Source: Escherichia coli O127:H6 str. E2348/69 (GTDB lineage Bacteria > Pseudomonadota > Gammaproteobacteria > Enterobacterales > Enterobacteriaceae). Taken from it: a stretch of DNA of 64,000 bases. Of this stretch, positions 46,742 to 57,830 are shown in pieces; position 1 is the first letter of the stretch, and each line of letters starts with the position of its first letter. The notes beneath the pieces are model-generated. The model ran no database searches, was not told the DNA's origin, and saw only the letters and a list, made by a program, of their open reading frames with translations. The stretch lies in NCBI RefSeq assembly GCF_000026545.1, contig NC_011601.1. One strand, 5' to 3'. Made by a program: the position numbers and the translations under genes.

Positions 46742-47944
46742 TTAACGCAGCCATTCAGGCAAATCGTTTAATCCCATTGCCTGACGAATAAGTTGTGGCT
46801 TAACGCCAGGAAGCGTATCAGCCAGTTTCAGGCCAATATCACGCAGCAATTTTTTCGCCGGATTAGCCCCGGAAAACAGATCGCGGAATCCCTGCATACC
46901 AGCCAGCATCAGCGCCGCGCTGTGCTTGCGGCTACGCTCATAGCGACGCAGGTAAATGTACTGCCCGATGTCTTTACCCTGACGATGCAACCGTTTCAGT
47001 TCAGCAATCAGCTCTGCAGCATCCATAAAGCCGAGATTTACCCCCTGCCCCGCCAGCGGGTGAATGGTATGCGCGGCGTCGCCCACCAACACCAGACGGT
47101 GCGCGGCAAACTGGCGCGCATAACGCCCCGTCAGCGGGAACACCTGACGCTCACTCTCAACCTTGCATAAGCCCAGGCGATTATCAAAAGCGATATTTAA
47201 CGCGCGATTAAATTCGTCTTCCCCTGCCTGCTGCATCCGCTGCGCTTCCTCTGGCGACAGTGACCAGACAATCGAGCAAAGATGCGGATCGCTAAGCGGT
47301 AAAAAGGCCAGAATGCCTTCGCCATGGAAAACCTGCCGCGCCACCGCATCATGCGGTTCTTCCGTGCGAATGGTCGCCACCAGCGCGTGATGCTGATAAT
47401 CCCAGAAAGTCAGCGGAATATCGGCTTTGTTGCGCAACCAGGAATTAGCGCCGTCCGCGCCAATCACCAGACGCGCCGTTAACATGCTGCCATCTTTCAA
47501 CGTCAGGAAGGTTTCATTTTCTCCCCAGGCGACCTGCTGTAATTCTGCGGGGGCCAACAGAGTGATATCTGACGACTGCTGCGCTTTGTTCCACAGCGCG
47601 TAGTGAATCACTGAATTTTCAACGATATGCCCAAGATGGCTATAGCCCATGCTTTGATCGTCAAACGAGATGTGACCAAAACTGTCTTTATCCCACACTT
47701 CCATACCGTGATAGCAACAGGCCCTACGAGAGAGAATGTCCTGCCAGACGCCAAGACGGGTGAGTAATTTTTCGCTGGCGGCATTGATAGCCGAAACGCG
47801 CAGTTGTGGTGGTGCATCCGCCGCCAGAGGTTCCGGTACGCGCTGCTCCAGTACGGCAACGCGTAAGCCGCTACCCTGTAAGCCGCAGGCAACCGCCAGC
47901 CCGACCATGCCGCCGCCAACAATGGCTACATCAACACTTTGCAT
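46742..47944 (-). CDS. ubiI: 2-octaprenylphenol hydroxylase (FAD monooxygenase)
   Basis: 400-aa ORF MQSVDVAIVGGGMVGLAVACGL. Confidence 0.92.
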   Translation of the reverse strand: MQSVDVAIVGGGMVGLAVACGLQGSGLRVAVLEQRVPEPLAADAPPQLRVSAINAASEKLLTRLGVWQDILSRRACCYHGMEVWDKDSFGHISFDDQSMGYSHLGHIVENSVIHYALWNKAQQSSDITLLAPAELQQVAWGENETFLTLKDGSMLTARLVIGADGANSWLRNKADIPLTFWDYQHHALVATIRTEEPHDAVARQVFHGEGILAFLPLSDPHLCSIVWSLSPEEAQRMQQAGEDEFNRALNIAFDNRLGLCKVESERQVFPLTGRYARQFAAHRLVLVGDAAHTIHPLAGQGVNLGFMDAAELIAELKRLHRQGKDIGQYIYLRRYERSRKHSAALMLAGMQGFRDLFSGANPAKKLLRDIGLKLADTLPGVKPQLIRQAMGLNDLPEWLR

Positions 47945-47966
47945 TGTTTATTCCTTAAAACCGCCT

Positions 47967-49145
47967 TCAACGCGCCACCCAACCAAGAGTGCGCTGCGCC
48001 AGCACATCGCGTGCCGGGGTAAATAATTCCATCGTCATCAGCCCGATGTTGCGCCCGACAACCAGCGGCGTCCAACGGTTGGCAAAAAGATGAACAAGGC
48101 TGTCCGTGACGCCGATGGTTGCTTCGCGATCGCTCTGTCGACGCTGCTGATAACGGCACAATACGCCGTAATCACCCATGTCTTCTCCGCGTTCCTGCGC
48201 CTGAGTCAGGGTTTCCGCAAGGCTCATGACATCACGCATACCGAGGTTAAATCCTTGCCCGGCGATGGGGTGCAGAGTTTGCGCCGCATTGCCCACCAGC
48301 ACGGTACGATGGGTAATAGGTTTGGCGGCGCGGGTTAACGCCAGCGGATAAGCACTGCGTTTACCGGCGTGAGTAATTTTCCCAAGTCGCCAGCCAAAGG
48401 CCGACTGGAGTTCACGGCAAAACTTCTCGTCGCTCCACGACAGCACCTCTTCGCGCCGTTCCAGTGGATGACACCAGACCAGCGAACAGCGTCCGTCAGA
48501 CATCGGCAACATCGCCAGCGGGCCATGTTGCGTAAAGCGTTCAAAAGCGCGCCCTTCATGCGCAACGGAAGTCGCAACGTTGGCAATCACAGCCAGTTGT
48601 TCGTAAGGCTCCTGCTGCCAGTCAACGCCGCACACGGTGGCTAACGCTGAATGGGTGCCATCAGCGGCTACCAGCACGCAGCCCGTCAGCGTCTCGCCAC
48701 TCTCCAGCGTCACTTCAACGTGACTCTGAGTACGGGCAACGTTAGCCACGCGATCAGGACAATGCAGCGTTACGCCAGGTGCTTTGCGCAGCAATGCAAA
48801 CAGCCGTTGCCCGACATTATGCAATTCGACAACCTGCCCCAGCGCCGCCAGTTGGTAATCTTCTGCGGCGAGGGTGACGAATCCGGCATGACCACGATCG
48901 CTGACATGCACGGTAGTGATGGCGGTTGCGCAATCAGCCAGAGATTGCCAGACGCCGATGCGCGCCAGTTGCTGACAGGTACCCACCGCCAGCGCTATCG
49001 CTCGTCCATCAAAGCCCGGATGAGCATGTGACTCTGGCGCAGTCGCTTCAATCAAATGTACCGGCAGCGCCCCGTGACTTAACCGGGAAATAGCCAGCGC
49101 CAGCGTCGCGCCCGCCATGCCGCCACCGACGATGATTACGCTCAT
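47967..49145 (-). CDS. ubiH: 2-octaprenyl-6-methoxyphenol hydroxylase
   Basis: 392-aa ORF MSVIIVGGGMAGATLALAI. Confidence 0.92.
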   Translation of the reverse strand: MSVIIVGGGMAGATLALAISRLSHGALPVHLIEATAPESHAHPGFDGRAIALAVGTCQQLARIGVWQSLADCATAITTVHVSDRGHAGFVTLAAEDYQLAALGQVVELHNVGQRLFALLRKAPGVTLHCPDRVANVARTQSHVEVTLESGETLTGCVLVAADGTHSALATVCGVDWQQEPYEQLAVIANVATSVAHEGRAFERFTQHGPLAMLPMSDGRCSLVWCHPLERREEVLSWSDEKFCRELQSAFGWRLGKITHAGKRSAYPLALTRAAKPITHRTVLVGNAAQTLHPIAGQGFNLGMRDVMSLAETLTQAQERGEDMGDYGVLCRYQQRRQSDREATIGVTDSLVHLFANRWTPLVVGRNIGLMTMELFTPARDVLAQRTLGWVAR

Positions 49146-50467
49146 TGCTTTCTCGCAGCAGCCATCAACGCTTCGATTTCTTCCGGCTTTTTCACCACGC
49201 TGGCGGTGAGGTTTTCGTTGCCGGTTTCGGTAATCACAATGTCGTCTTCAATACGAATGCCGATACCGCGATATTGTTCTGGCACATCCGCATCCGGCGC
49301 GATATACAGACCAGGCTCTACGGTCAGTACCATCCCCGGTTCCAGAATGCGCGAGCGATCCTGACCATAAACGCCAACGTCATGGACATCCAGTCCTAAC
49401 CAGTGGCTAAGGCCATGCATAAAGAAAGGACGATGGGCGTTCTGAGCGATCAGTTCATCAACATCACCCTTCAGGATGCCGAGTTTTACCAGGCCGCTAA
49501 CCATGATACGCACCACTTCACCAGTGACTTCCTGCATGGAAGTTCCCGGACGATACAGGCGCAGGCTGGTTTCAAGAGACTCCAGCACAATGTCATAGAT
49601 TTCACGCTGAGCCTGAGTGAATTTGCCGTTGACCGGGAAGGTGCGGGTAATGTCGCCAGCGTAACCTTTGTATTCACAACCCGCGTCAATCAACACCAGA
49701 TCACCGTCACGCAGTTCACACTCGTTTTCGGTGTAGTGCAAAATGCAGCCGTTTTCACCGCTGCCAACAATGGTGTTATAGGAAGGGTAACGCGCACCGT
49801 GGCGGTTAAACTCGTGGTGAATTTCGCCTTCCAGATGGTACTCGAACATCCCCGGACGGCATTTTTCCATCGCCCGGGTATGCGCCAGTGCGGTGATTTC
49901 ACCCGCGCGGCGAAGTACGGCAATCTCTTCTGGTGATTTGAACAGGCGCATTTCATGAACAACAGGACGCCAGTCGATCATCGTAGCCGGGGCAGTGAGA
50001 TTCTGTCGCGAGCCTTTACGCAGCTTTTCCAGCGCGCTGTTCACGATTTCATCAGCATAGGTATATTCGCCCTGAGCGTGATAAACCACATCCAGACCAT
50101 TAAGCAGTTGATAAAGTTGCTGATTGATTTCGCTGAATGCCAGTGCGCGGTCAACGCCCAGTTTCTCTGGCGCGGCATCCTGGCCTAAGCGACGACCAAA
50201 CCAGATCTCTGCCGTCAGGTCGCGAACGCGGTTAAACAAAACGCTGTGGTTATGAGTGTCGTCGCTTTTAATCAGCACCAGCACCGCTTCCGGTTCGTTA
50301 AAGCCGGTGAAGTACCAGAAGTCACTGTTCTGACGATAGGGGTATTCGCTGTCGGCGCTACGTGTTACTTCTGGTGCAGCAAAAATCAGCGCGGCGCTGC
50401 CGGGTTGCATTTGCTCCACCAGGGCCTGACGGCGACGCTGAAACTCTTGCCGGGATATCTCACTCAT
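49142..50467 (-). CDS. pepP: Xaa-Pro aminopeptidase (M24B)
   Basis: 441 aa from MSEISRQEFQRRRQAL; 4-bp overlap with ubiH. Confidence 0.93.
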   Translation of the reverse strand: MSEISRQEFQRRRQALVEQMQPGSAALIFAAPEVTRSADSEYPYRQNSDFWYFTGFNEPEAVLVLIKSDDTHNHSVLFNRVRDLTAEIWFGRRLGQDAAPEKLGVDRALAFSEINQQLYQLLNGLDVVYHAQGEYTYADEIVNSALEKLRKGSRQNLTAPATMIDWRPVVHEMRLFKSPEEIAVLRRAGEITALAHTRAMEKCRPGMFEYHLEGEIHHEFNRHGARYPSYNTIVGSGENGCILHYTENECELRDGDLVLIDAGCEYKGYAGDITRTFPVNGKFTQAQREIYDIVLESLETSLRLYRPGTSMQEVTGEVVRIMVSGLVKLGILKGDVDELIAQNAHRPFFMHGLSHWLGLDVHDVGVYGQDRSRILEPGMVLTVEPGLYIAPDADVPEQYRGIGIRIEDDIVITETGNENLTASVVKKPEEIEALMAAARKQ

Positions 50468-50492
50468 AACACTCTCCTTACGTTTTTTGTTT

Positions 50493-51071
50493 TTAGTGTA
50501 GAGTCGGTTTTTGTACTTCTGGCGCGGTCGGTTGCGGATGAGTAAAGGTGTCGTGGCATAACAGCGCGGCAACACGAACGTATTCGATGATCTCTTCAAG
50601 CGACATTTCAAGCTCTTCCTGATCTTCGTCTTCGTCGTAGCCCAGCTGCGCGATGTTACGCAGATCGTCGATGGCTTCACCGGTTTCTCCGGTCACTTTG
50701 TCCAGCTTCGGTTGCGTAACGCCAAGACCAAGCAGGAAGTGATTGACCCAACCTGCCAGCGCATCAGCCCGATCGAAAACGCTGACATCATCGCCATCAG
50801 GCAGATAAAGCTGAAAAAGGAAGCCGTCATCCTGCAGGGCATCGCTGGTGGCAGAGTGCATTTTACGCAGTGCCTGTGCCAGCTCATGACCGAAAGCCAT
50901 GCCTTCGTTCGTCAGGTCGTGAAGTAGCGGCAGCCATGAGCTGTCATCGTTACCGCCACATATCATCCCGCTGATTAAACCATGCATCTCAGCAGGGGTC
51001 AGACCCGTCCCTTGTTGGTTCAGATACTGGTTCATTTCGTTGTAACCAGGCATTTCGTTCTGTATAGACAT
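50493..51071 (-). CDS. ygfB: UPF0149 family protein YgfB
   Basis: 192 aa from [17 protein letters not shown]. Confidence 0.88.
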
Positions 51072-51172
51072 AAGCATTCGTCGTCAAAGGGAGGAATATT
51101 CATGATATGCTACCACTTTGGGCCCTGGTGGACCAGAAAAGGGCTTGTCTCTTCTCATCAGGGTAGCTATAG

Positions 51173-51568
<396 letters not shown>

Positions 51569-51609
51569 CACTTTTCGGTTTACTGTGGTAGAGTAACCGT
51601 GAAGACAAA

Positions 51610-51793
51610 ATTTCTCTGAGATGTTCGCAAGCGGGCCAGTCCCCTGAGCCGATATTTCATACCACAAGAATGTGGCGCTCCGCGGTTGGTGAGCATGCTC
51701 GGTCCGTCCGAGAAGCCTTAAAACTGCGACGACACATTCACCTTGAACCAAGGGTTCAAGGGTTACAGCCTGCGGCGGCATCTCGGAGATTCC
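51610..51793 (+). ncRNA. ssrS: 6S RNA
   Basis: Sequence ATTTCTCTGAGATGTTCGCAAGCGGGCCAGTCCCCTGAGCCGATATTTCATACC...GGAGATTCCC matches 6S RNA; located between zapA and fau. Confidence 0.9.
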
Positions 51794-51867
51794 CTTCTTA
51801 TCTGGCACCAGCCATGACGCAACTACCAGAACTCTCACTGACATTATCCCGACAAGAAATCCGCAAA

Positions 51868-52416
51868 ATGATTCGGCAACGTCGTCGTGCGTTAACGCCG
51901 GAACAACAGCAGGAAATGGGTCAACAAGCCGCTACCCGGATGATGACTTATCCCCCGGTGGTGATGGCACATACGGTCGCTGTATTCCTCTCTTTTGATG
52001 GCGAACTCGACACCCTGCCACTCATAGAACAACTCTGGCGCGCCGGTAAGCGCGTATATCTTCCAGTTTTGCATCCCGTCAGTGCCGGTAATTTGCTGTT
52101 CCTGAATTACCATCCGCAAAGCGAACTGGTGATGAACAGGTTGAAGATCCATGAGCCAAAACTGGATGTGCGTGACGTGCTACCCCTTTCCCGATTAGAC
52201 GTGTTGATCACACCGCTGGTCGCCTTTGATGAGTACGGTCAGCGCCTGGGAATGGGCGGTGGTTTTTATGATCGGACCTTACAAAACTGGCAGCACTATA
52301 AAATGCAACCGGTGGGTTATGCGCATGATTGTCAGTTAGTGGAAAAACTCCCCGTTGAAGAGTGGGATATCCCTCTTCCTGCGGTGGTTACACCGTCGAA
52401 AGTCTGGGAGTGGTGA
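51868..52416 (+). CDS. fau: 5-formyltetrahydrofolate cyclo-ligase
   Basis: 182 aa from MIRQRRRALTPEQQQEMG; ORF-track 5' extension overlaps ssrS and is not coding. Confidence 0.85.
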   Translation: MIRQRRRALTPEQQQEMGQQAATRMMTYPPVVMAHTVAVFLSFDGELDTLPLIEQLWRAGKRVYLPVLHPVSAGNLLFLNYHPQSELVMNRLKIHEPKLDVRDVLPLSRLDVLITPLVAFDEYGQRLGMGGGFYDRTLQNWQHYKMQPVGYAHDCQLVEKLPVEEWDIPLPAVVTPSKVWEW

Positions 52417-52469
52417 GGGCGACACACCTGCATCGCCCTGATTGACATCGTTGATTCTTTAACCTAATT

Positions 52470-52610
52470 TAGTGAGTAAGGGTAAGGGAGGATGACTCCT
52501 CCCCTGAGACTGACTGTTAATAAGCTGGGAAACTTATGAGTAACAGTACAATCAGTATGATGACAAGTCGCATCATAACCCTTCTCCTTCAAGCCCTCGC
52601 TTCGGTGAGG
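52470..52610 (+). ncRNA. sibC: SibC antitoxin sRNA, antisense to ibsC (boundaries approximate)
   Basis: Plus-strand region fully complementary to ibsC, ending in gccctcgcttcggtgagggc terminator hairpin. Confidence 0.5.
52517..52576 (-). CDS. ibsC: type I toxin IbsC (19-aa hydrophobic peptide)
   Basis: Minus strand ATGATGCGACTTGTCATCATACTGATTGTACTGTTACTCATAAGTTTCCCAGCTTATTAA = MMRLVIILIVLLLISFPAY. Confidence 0.7.
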   Translation of the reverse strand: MMRLVIILIVLLLISFPAY

Positions 52611-52744
52611 GCTTTACCGTTACAGCCCCATGCTGCCCTGCCATCGTAAATCCCCATTAAATAAACACAACGCATTGATCTGACTTTGATTTATTTTCTG
52701 GAGCAGGCTCGCAAAGTAGAATGCGCAATGCGGCAACGGTGTGG

Positions 52745-52775
52745 AGAAGGGATAAAAAAACGGGCAAGTCAGTGA
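52745..52775 (-). terminator. rho-independent terminator of serA
   Basis: cgggca...tgcccg hairpin followed by T6 on minus strand, about 30 bp downstream of serA stop. Confidence 0.5.
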
Positions 52776-52804
52776 CCTGCCCGTTGATTTTCAGAGAAGG
52801 GGAT

Positions 52805-54037
52805 TTAGTACAGCAGACGGGCGCGAATGGTACCCGGAATAGCTTTCATTGCCTGCAGCGCTTTTTCGGCAACGTCTTCGTCGGCTTCAATATCAATAAC
52901 TACATAACCCATCTGGGCGGAAGTTTGCAGATATTGCGCGGCGATGTTGACGCCCTGCTCGGCAAAAATTTTGTTGAGCGCAGTCAGCACACCCGGACGG
53001 TTTTCGTGGATGTGCATCAGACGACGACCACCGTGCAGTGGCAGCGAGACTTCCGGGAAGTTCACCGCAGAGAGCGTTGAGCCATTGTCAGAATACTTGA
53101 TCAATTTACCCGCAACTTCCAGGCCGATATTCTCCTGCGCTTCCTGAGTCGAACCGCCAATGTGTGGCGTCAGAAGGACATTGTCGAATTCACACAGCGG
53201 AGAGGTAAATGGATCGCTGTTGGTCGCCGGTTCCGTCGGGAATACGTCGATTGCCGCCCCCGCCAGATGTTTGCTCGCCAGCGCGTCGCACAGCGCTGGA
53301 ATATCCACCACAGTACCGCGCGAAGCATTAATCAGCAGCGAGCCGGGTTTCATTAGCGAAATCTCTTTCGTGCCCATCATATTTTTGGTGGACGGATTCT
53401 CTGGTACATGCAGACTCACCACATCGCTCATATTCAGCAGGTCAGAAAGATGCTGTACCTGAGTGGCGTTGCCCAGCGGCAGTTTGTTTTCAATATCATA
53501 AAAGTAAACATACATTCCCAGCGATTCAGCCAGAATGCCCAATTGCGTACCAATATGACCATAGCCGATGATACCCAGCTTTTTGCCGCGCGCTTCAAAA
53601 GAACCCGCCGCCAGTTTGTTCCACACGCCACGGTGCGCTTTAGCATTGGCTTCCGGCACGCCGCGCAATAGCAGCAGCAGTTCGCCAATCACCAGCTCCG
53701 CAACAGAGCGCGTATTTGAGAACGGTGCGTTAAATACCGGGATCCCGCGCTTTGCCGCCGCATCCAGATCAACCTGGTTTGTTCCGATACAGAAACAGCC
53801 AATAGCGACCAGTTTTTCTGCGGCGTTGATCACGTCTTCAGTCAGATGGGTACGGGATCGCAGGCCGATGAAGTGGGCATCGCGGATGGATTCTTTTAAT
53901 TGTTCATCATCCAGCGCGCCTTTGTGAAATTCGATGTTGGTGTAACCAGCTGCACGAAGGCTTTCCAGCGCCTTTTGGTGCACGCCTTCTACCAGCAGAA
54001 ACTTAATCTTGTCTTTCTCCAGCGATACCTTTGCCAT
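52805..54037 (-). CDS. serA: D-3-phosphoglycerate dehydrogenase
   Basis: 410-aa ORF MAKVSLEKDKIKFLLVEGVHQ; C-terminal ACT domain. Confidence 0.95.
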   Translation of the reverse strand: MAKVSLEKDKIKFLLVEGVHQKALESLRAAGYTNIEFHKGALDDEQLKESIRDAHFIGLRSRTHLTEDVINAAEKLVAIGCFCIGTNQVDLDAAAKRGIPVFNAPFSNTRSVAELVIGELLLLLRGVPEANAKAHRGVWNKLAAGSFEARGKKLGIIGYGHIGTQLGILAESLGMYVYFYDIENKLPLGNATQVQHLSDLLNMSDVVSLHVPENPSTKNMMGTKEISLMKPGSLLINASRGTVVDIPALCDALASKHLAGAAIDVFPTEPATNSDPFTSPLCEFDNVLLTPHIGGSTQEAQENIGLEVAGKLIKYSDNGSTLSAVNFPEVSLPLHGGRRLMHIHENRPGVLTALNKIFAEQGVNIAAQYLQTSAQMGYVVIDIEADEDVAEKALQAMKAIPGTIRARLLY

Positions 54038-54292
54038 TTACCCAATCCTGTCTTTTGAAATGTTGTGTGCGGATTTGCATCCGCCTTTCAACATATCAAA
54101 AAATAATATTGCGGCAATATGAACGTTTGCGTCGCGATGTTGAGGAAATATCACGCAAAAGTATTTCTTGGATGAATATGCTGGTTTAGAAGATTTATTT
54201 AGAGCAATCGACAATTGCCAGGTAAAAACGTGACACATGTCACCAAATTTAATGAAGAGAATTTTTTTAACGGGGGAGGTTCCCCCGTCAGA

Positions 54293-54952
54293 TCATTTCA
54301 CAATAGTTTTGACACCGTCAGGTGTGCCAATCAGCGCAACGTCCGCGCCACGGTTAGCAAACAAACCAACAGTCACCACGCCAGGAATCGCATTTATGGC
54401 GTTTTCCATCGCTATCGGGTCAAGGATTTCCATGCCGTGGACGTCGAGGATCACGTTGCCGTTATCGGTCACTACGCCCTGACGGTATTCCGGACGACCG
54501 CCCAGTTTCACCAGCTGGCGCGCCACTGCACTACGTGCCATCGGGATAACTTCTACTGGCAGCGGGAATTTGCCCAGAATATCAACCTGCTTGGAAGCGT
54601 CTGCAATACAGATAAATTTTTCCGCAACCGAAGCAATGATTTTTTCACGGGTCAGCGCCGCGCCGCCGCCTTTGATCATTTGCATGTGGCCGTTGATTTC
54701 ATCTGCGCCATCAACGTAGATGCCAAGGCTGTCGACTTCGTTGAGATCAAAAACGTGAATGCCGAGGCTTTTCAGTTTTTCAGTGGAAGCATCTGAACTG
54801 GAAACGGCCCCTTCAATCTGGCCTTTCATTGTACCGAGTGCGTCAATAAAGTGTGCGGCGGTGGAACCTGTACCTACACCAACAATGGTGCCGGGCTGAA
54901 CATACTGAAGTGCCGCCCATCCTACTGCTTTTTTCAATTCATCCTGCGTCAT
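54293..54952 (-). CDS. rpiA: ribose-5-phosphate isomerase A
   Basis: 219 aa from [18 protein letters not shown]. Confidence 0.93.
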
Positions 54953-54990
54953 GATCGTTTCGCCTGTGGTATGAAATTTCACACGCATTA

Positions 54991-55264
54991 TACTCTAAAT
55001 AATTCGAGTTGCAGGAAGGCGACAAGAGAGTGACAAATTCGTCAGGAACGAATTTGCCCAGCCGCAGGCTGGCCTTCGGTGAGAGACATGGATGTCTCTC
55101 ATTAATCCCCAGGAGCTTACAGAAGTAAGTGACTGGGGTGAGCGACAAATCCGCATGGAGCGGATTTGAACGCTGCTTGCAGCGGCCCCGTAAGGGGTGA
55201 GGCCCATGGATGGGCCGAATAACCCGCAGACGCAGCACATGCAACTTGAAGTATGACGAGTATA
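54991..55264 (+). repeat. ERIC/IRU repeat, expanded variant (~270 bp) with internal insertions
   Basis: Termini match the 125-bp copy at 62578-62702 in opposite orientation; core aagtaagtgactggggtgagcg present. Confidence 0.7.
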
Positions 55265-55279
55265 TACAAAAAAAGCGAT

Positions 55280-55558
55280 TCAGACCCCGTTGGCAAGCCG
55301 GGTGGTTAACTCATCCATAAAATATCGCGCAATGGCGGGCATCCCCTTTCGCCCCGCAAATAAAGCATACAACGGTCTGGGGATGCTGCTCCACGGTGCG
55401 AACAGGCGCACCAGTTCCCCGTTAGCAAGCCCCTGTTTACAGGCAAACTGAGGCAATAACGCCACACCATTCAACACAACCAGGGCGCGAACTCGCTGAG
55501 CGAAATGCATTAGCGCAAATCCCTGATCTTTTAAGCTGCGCGTTAACCACTGATACAA
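55280..55558 (-). pseudogene. yqfE: LysR-family regulator C-terminal fragment (yqfE-like)
   Basis: 92-aa ORF resembling a LysR effector-domain C-terminus, with no HTH N-terminal domain. Confidence 0.5.
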
Positions 55559-55650
55559 ATGTTACCCGCCAACGACTTCGGTATATGCAACCCGACACAA
55601 AATTGTGTCATAGTGCAGGAAAAAGCATTTACCAGGAGCAGACAACAGCA

Positions 55651-56544
55651 ATGAAACGCCCGGACTACAGAACATTACAGGCACTGGATGCGGTGATACG
55701 TGAACGAGGATTTGAGCGCGCGGCACAAAAGCTGTGCATTACACAATCAGCCGTCTCACAGCGCATTAAGCAACTGGAAAATATGTTCGGGCAGCCGCTG
55801 TTAGTGCGTACCGTACCGCCGCGCCCGACGGAACAAGGGCAAAAACTGTTGGCGCTACTACGCCAGGTGGAGCTGCTGGAAGAAGAGTGGCTGGGCGATG
55901 AACAAACCGGTTCGACTCCGCTGCTGCTTTCACTGGCGGTCAACGCCGACAGTCTGGCGACGTGGTTGCTTCCGGCGCTGGCTCCTGTGTTGGCTGATTC
56001 GCCTATCCGCCTCAACTTGCAGGTAGAAGATGAAACCCGCACTCAGGAACGTCTGCGCCGCGGCGAAGTGGTCGGCGCGGTGAGTATTCAACATCAGGCG
56101 CTGCCGAGTTGTCTTGTCGATAAGCTCGGTGCGCTCGACTATCTGTTCGTCAGCTCAAAACCGTTTGCCGAAAAATATTTCCCTAACGGCGTAACGCGTT
56201 CGGCATTATTGAAAGCACCTGTGGTCGCCTTTGACCATCTTGACGATATGCACCAAGCCTTTTTGCAGCAAAACTTCGATCTGCCCCCAGGCAGCGTACC
56301 GTGCCATATCGTTAATTCTTCAGAAGCGTTCGTACAACTTGCTCGCCAGGGCACCACCTGCTGTATGATCCCGCACCTGCAAATCGAGAAAGAACTGGCC
56401 AGCGGTGAACTGATTGACTTAACGCCGGGGCTATTTCAACGCCGGATGCTCTACTGGCATCGCTTTGCTCCTGAAAGCCGCATGATGCGTAAAGTCACTG
56501 ATGCGTTGCTCGATTATGGCCACAAAGTCCTTCGTCAGGATTAA
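55651..56544 (+). CDS. argP: LysR-family transcriptional regulator ArgP (IciA)
   Basis: 297 aa from [43 protein letters not shown]. Confidence 0.93.
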
Positions 56545-56747
56545 TCCATCAAATAATGCCTGATAGCACATATCAGGCATTATCCTCACTTCTTTTTGTA
56601 TTCCTTGAATCACATCACAAAATAGACAAATCTCAGGCGGCAAAAAACGACGTCTGAATGCATTTTTTTTGCTGGCGACAAACCCACGTAAAAAGCTCAC
56701 CGTAAGCGCAAATACCCTCATTTTGATTGCGTTTTACGGAGCAAATA

Positions 56748-57830
56748 ATGTCTAACGTGCAGGAGTGGCAACAGCTTGCCAACAAGGAATTGAGCCGTCG
56801 GGAGAAAACTGTCGACTCGCTGGTTCAGCAAACCGCGGAAGGGATCGCCATCAAGCCGCTGTATACCGAAGCCGATCTCGATAATCTGGAGGTGACAGGT
56901 ACCCTTCCTGGTTTGCCCCCCTACGTTCGTGGCCCGCGTGCTACTATGTATACCGCCCAACCGTGGACCATCCGTCAGTATGCTGGTTTTTCCACAGCAA
57001 ATGAGTCCAACGCTTTTTATCGCCGTAACCTGGCCGCCGGGCAAAAAGGTCTTTCCGTTGCGTTTGGCCTTGCCACCCACCGTGGCTACGACTCCGATAA
57101 CCCACGCGTGGCGGGCGACGTCGGCAAAGCGGGCGTCGCTATCGACACCGTGGAAGATATGAAAGTTCTGTTCGACCAGATCCCGCTGGATAAAATGTCG
57201 GTTTCGATGACCATGAATGGCGCAGTACTACCAGTACTGGCGTTTTATATCGTCGCCGCAGAAGAGCAAGGTGTTACACCCGATAAACTGACCGGCACCA
57301 TTCAAAACGATATCCTCAAAGAGTATCTTTGCCGCAACACCTATATTTACCCGCCAAAACCGTCAATGCGTATTATCGCAGACATCATCGCCTGGTGTTC
57401 CGGCAACATGCCGCGATTTAATACCATCAGTATCAGCGGTTACCATATGGGTGAAGCGGGTGCCAACTGCGTGCAGCAGGTAGCATTTACGCTCGCCGAT
57501 GGGATTGAGTACATCAAAGCAGCAATCTCCGCCGGGCTGAAAATTGATGACTTCGCCCCTCGCCTGTCGTTTTTCTTTGGCATTGGCATGGATCTGTTTA
57601 TGAACGTCGCCATGTTGCGTGCGGCACGTTATTTATGGAGCGAAGCGGTCAGTGGATTGGGCGCACAGGATCCGTATAACAACGTTATCCGCACCACCAT
57701 TGATCATTGTGCACATCCCATGTATCGGGATTATCTGCATCGCTATCTGGAAAATGCGCCTGGCGGACATATTCACCACGATCTTCAGCAATATGCTGAA
57801 GCATCGTGGCGGTATAACGATGATTTCTGA
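56748..57830 (+). pseudogene. scpA: methylmalonyl-CoA mutase scpA (sbm) remnant: N-terminal ~325 native codons, then out-of-context tail
   Basis: Starts [21 protein letters not shown]; 360 codons versus ~714 expected; lacks conserved HCQTSGWSLT segment and B12-binding domain; 3' end overlaps convergent ygfI by ~145 bp. Confidence 0.8.

Noticed and set aside
51670-51867. 5' extension of the fau ORF overlapping 6S RNA
   Set aside because: The extension runs through the ssrS RNA gene; the fau start is taken at the internal Met (51868), giving the expected 182 aa.
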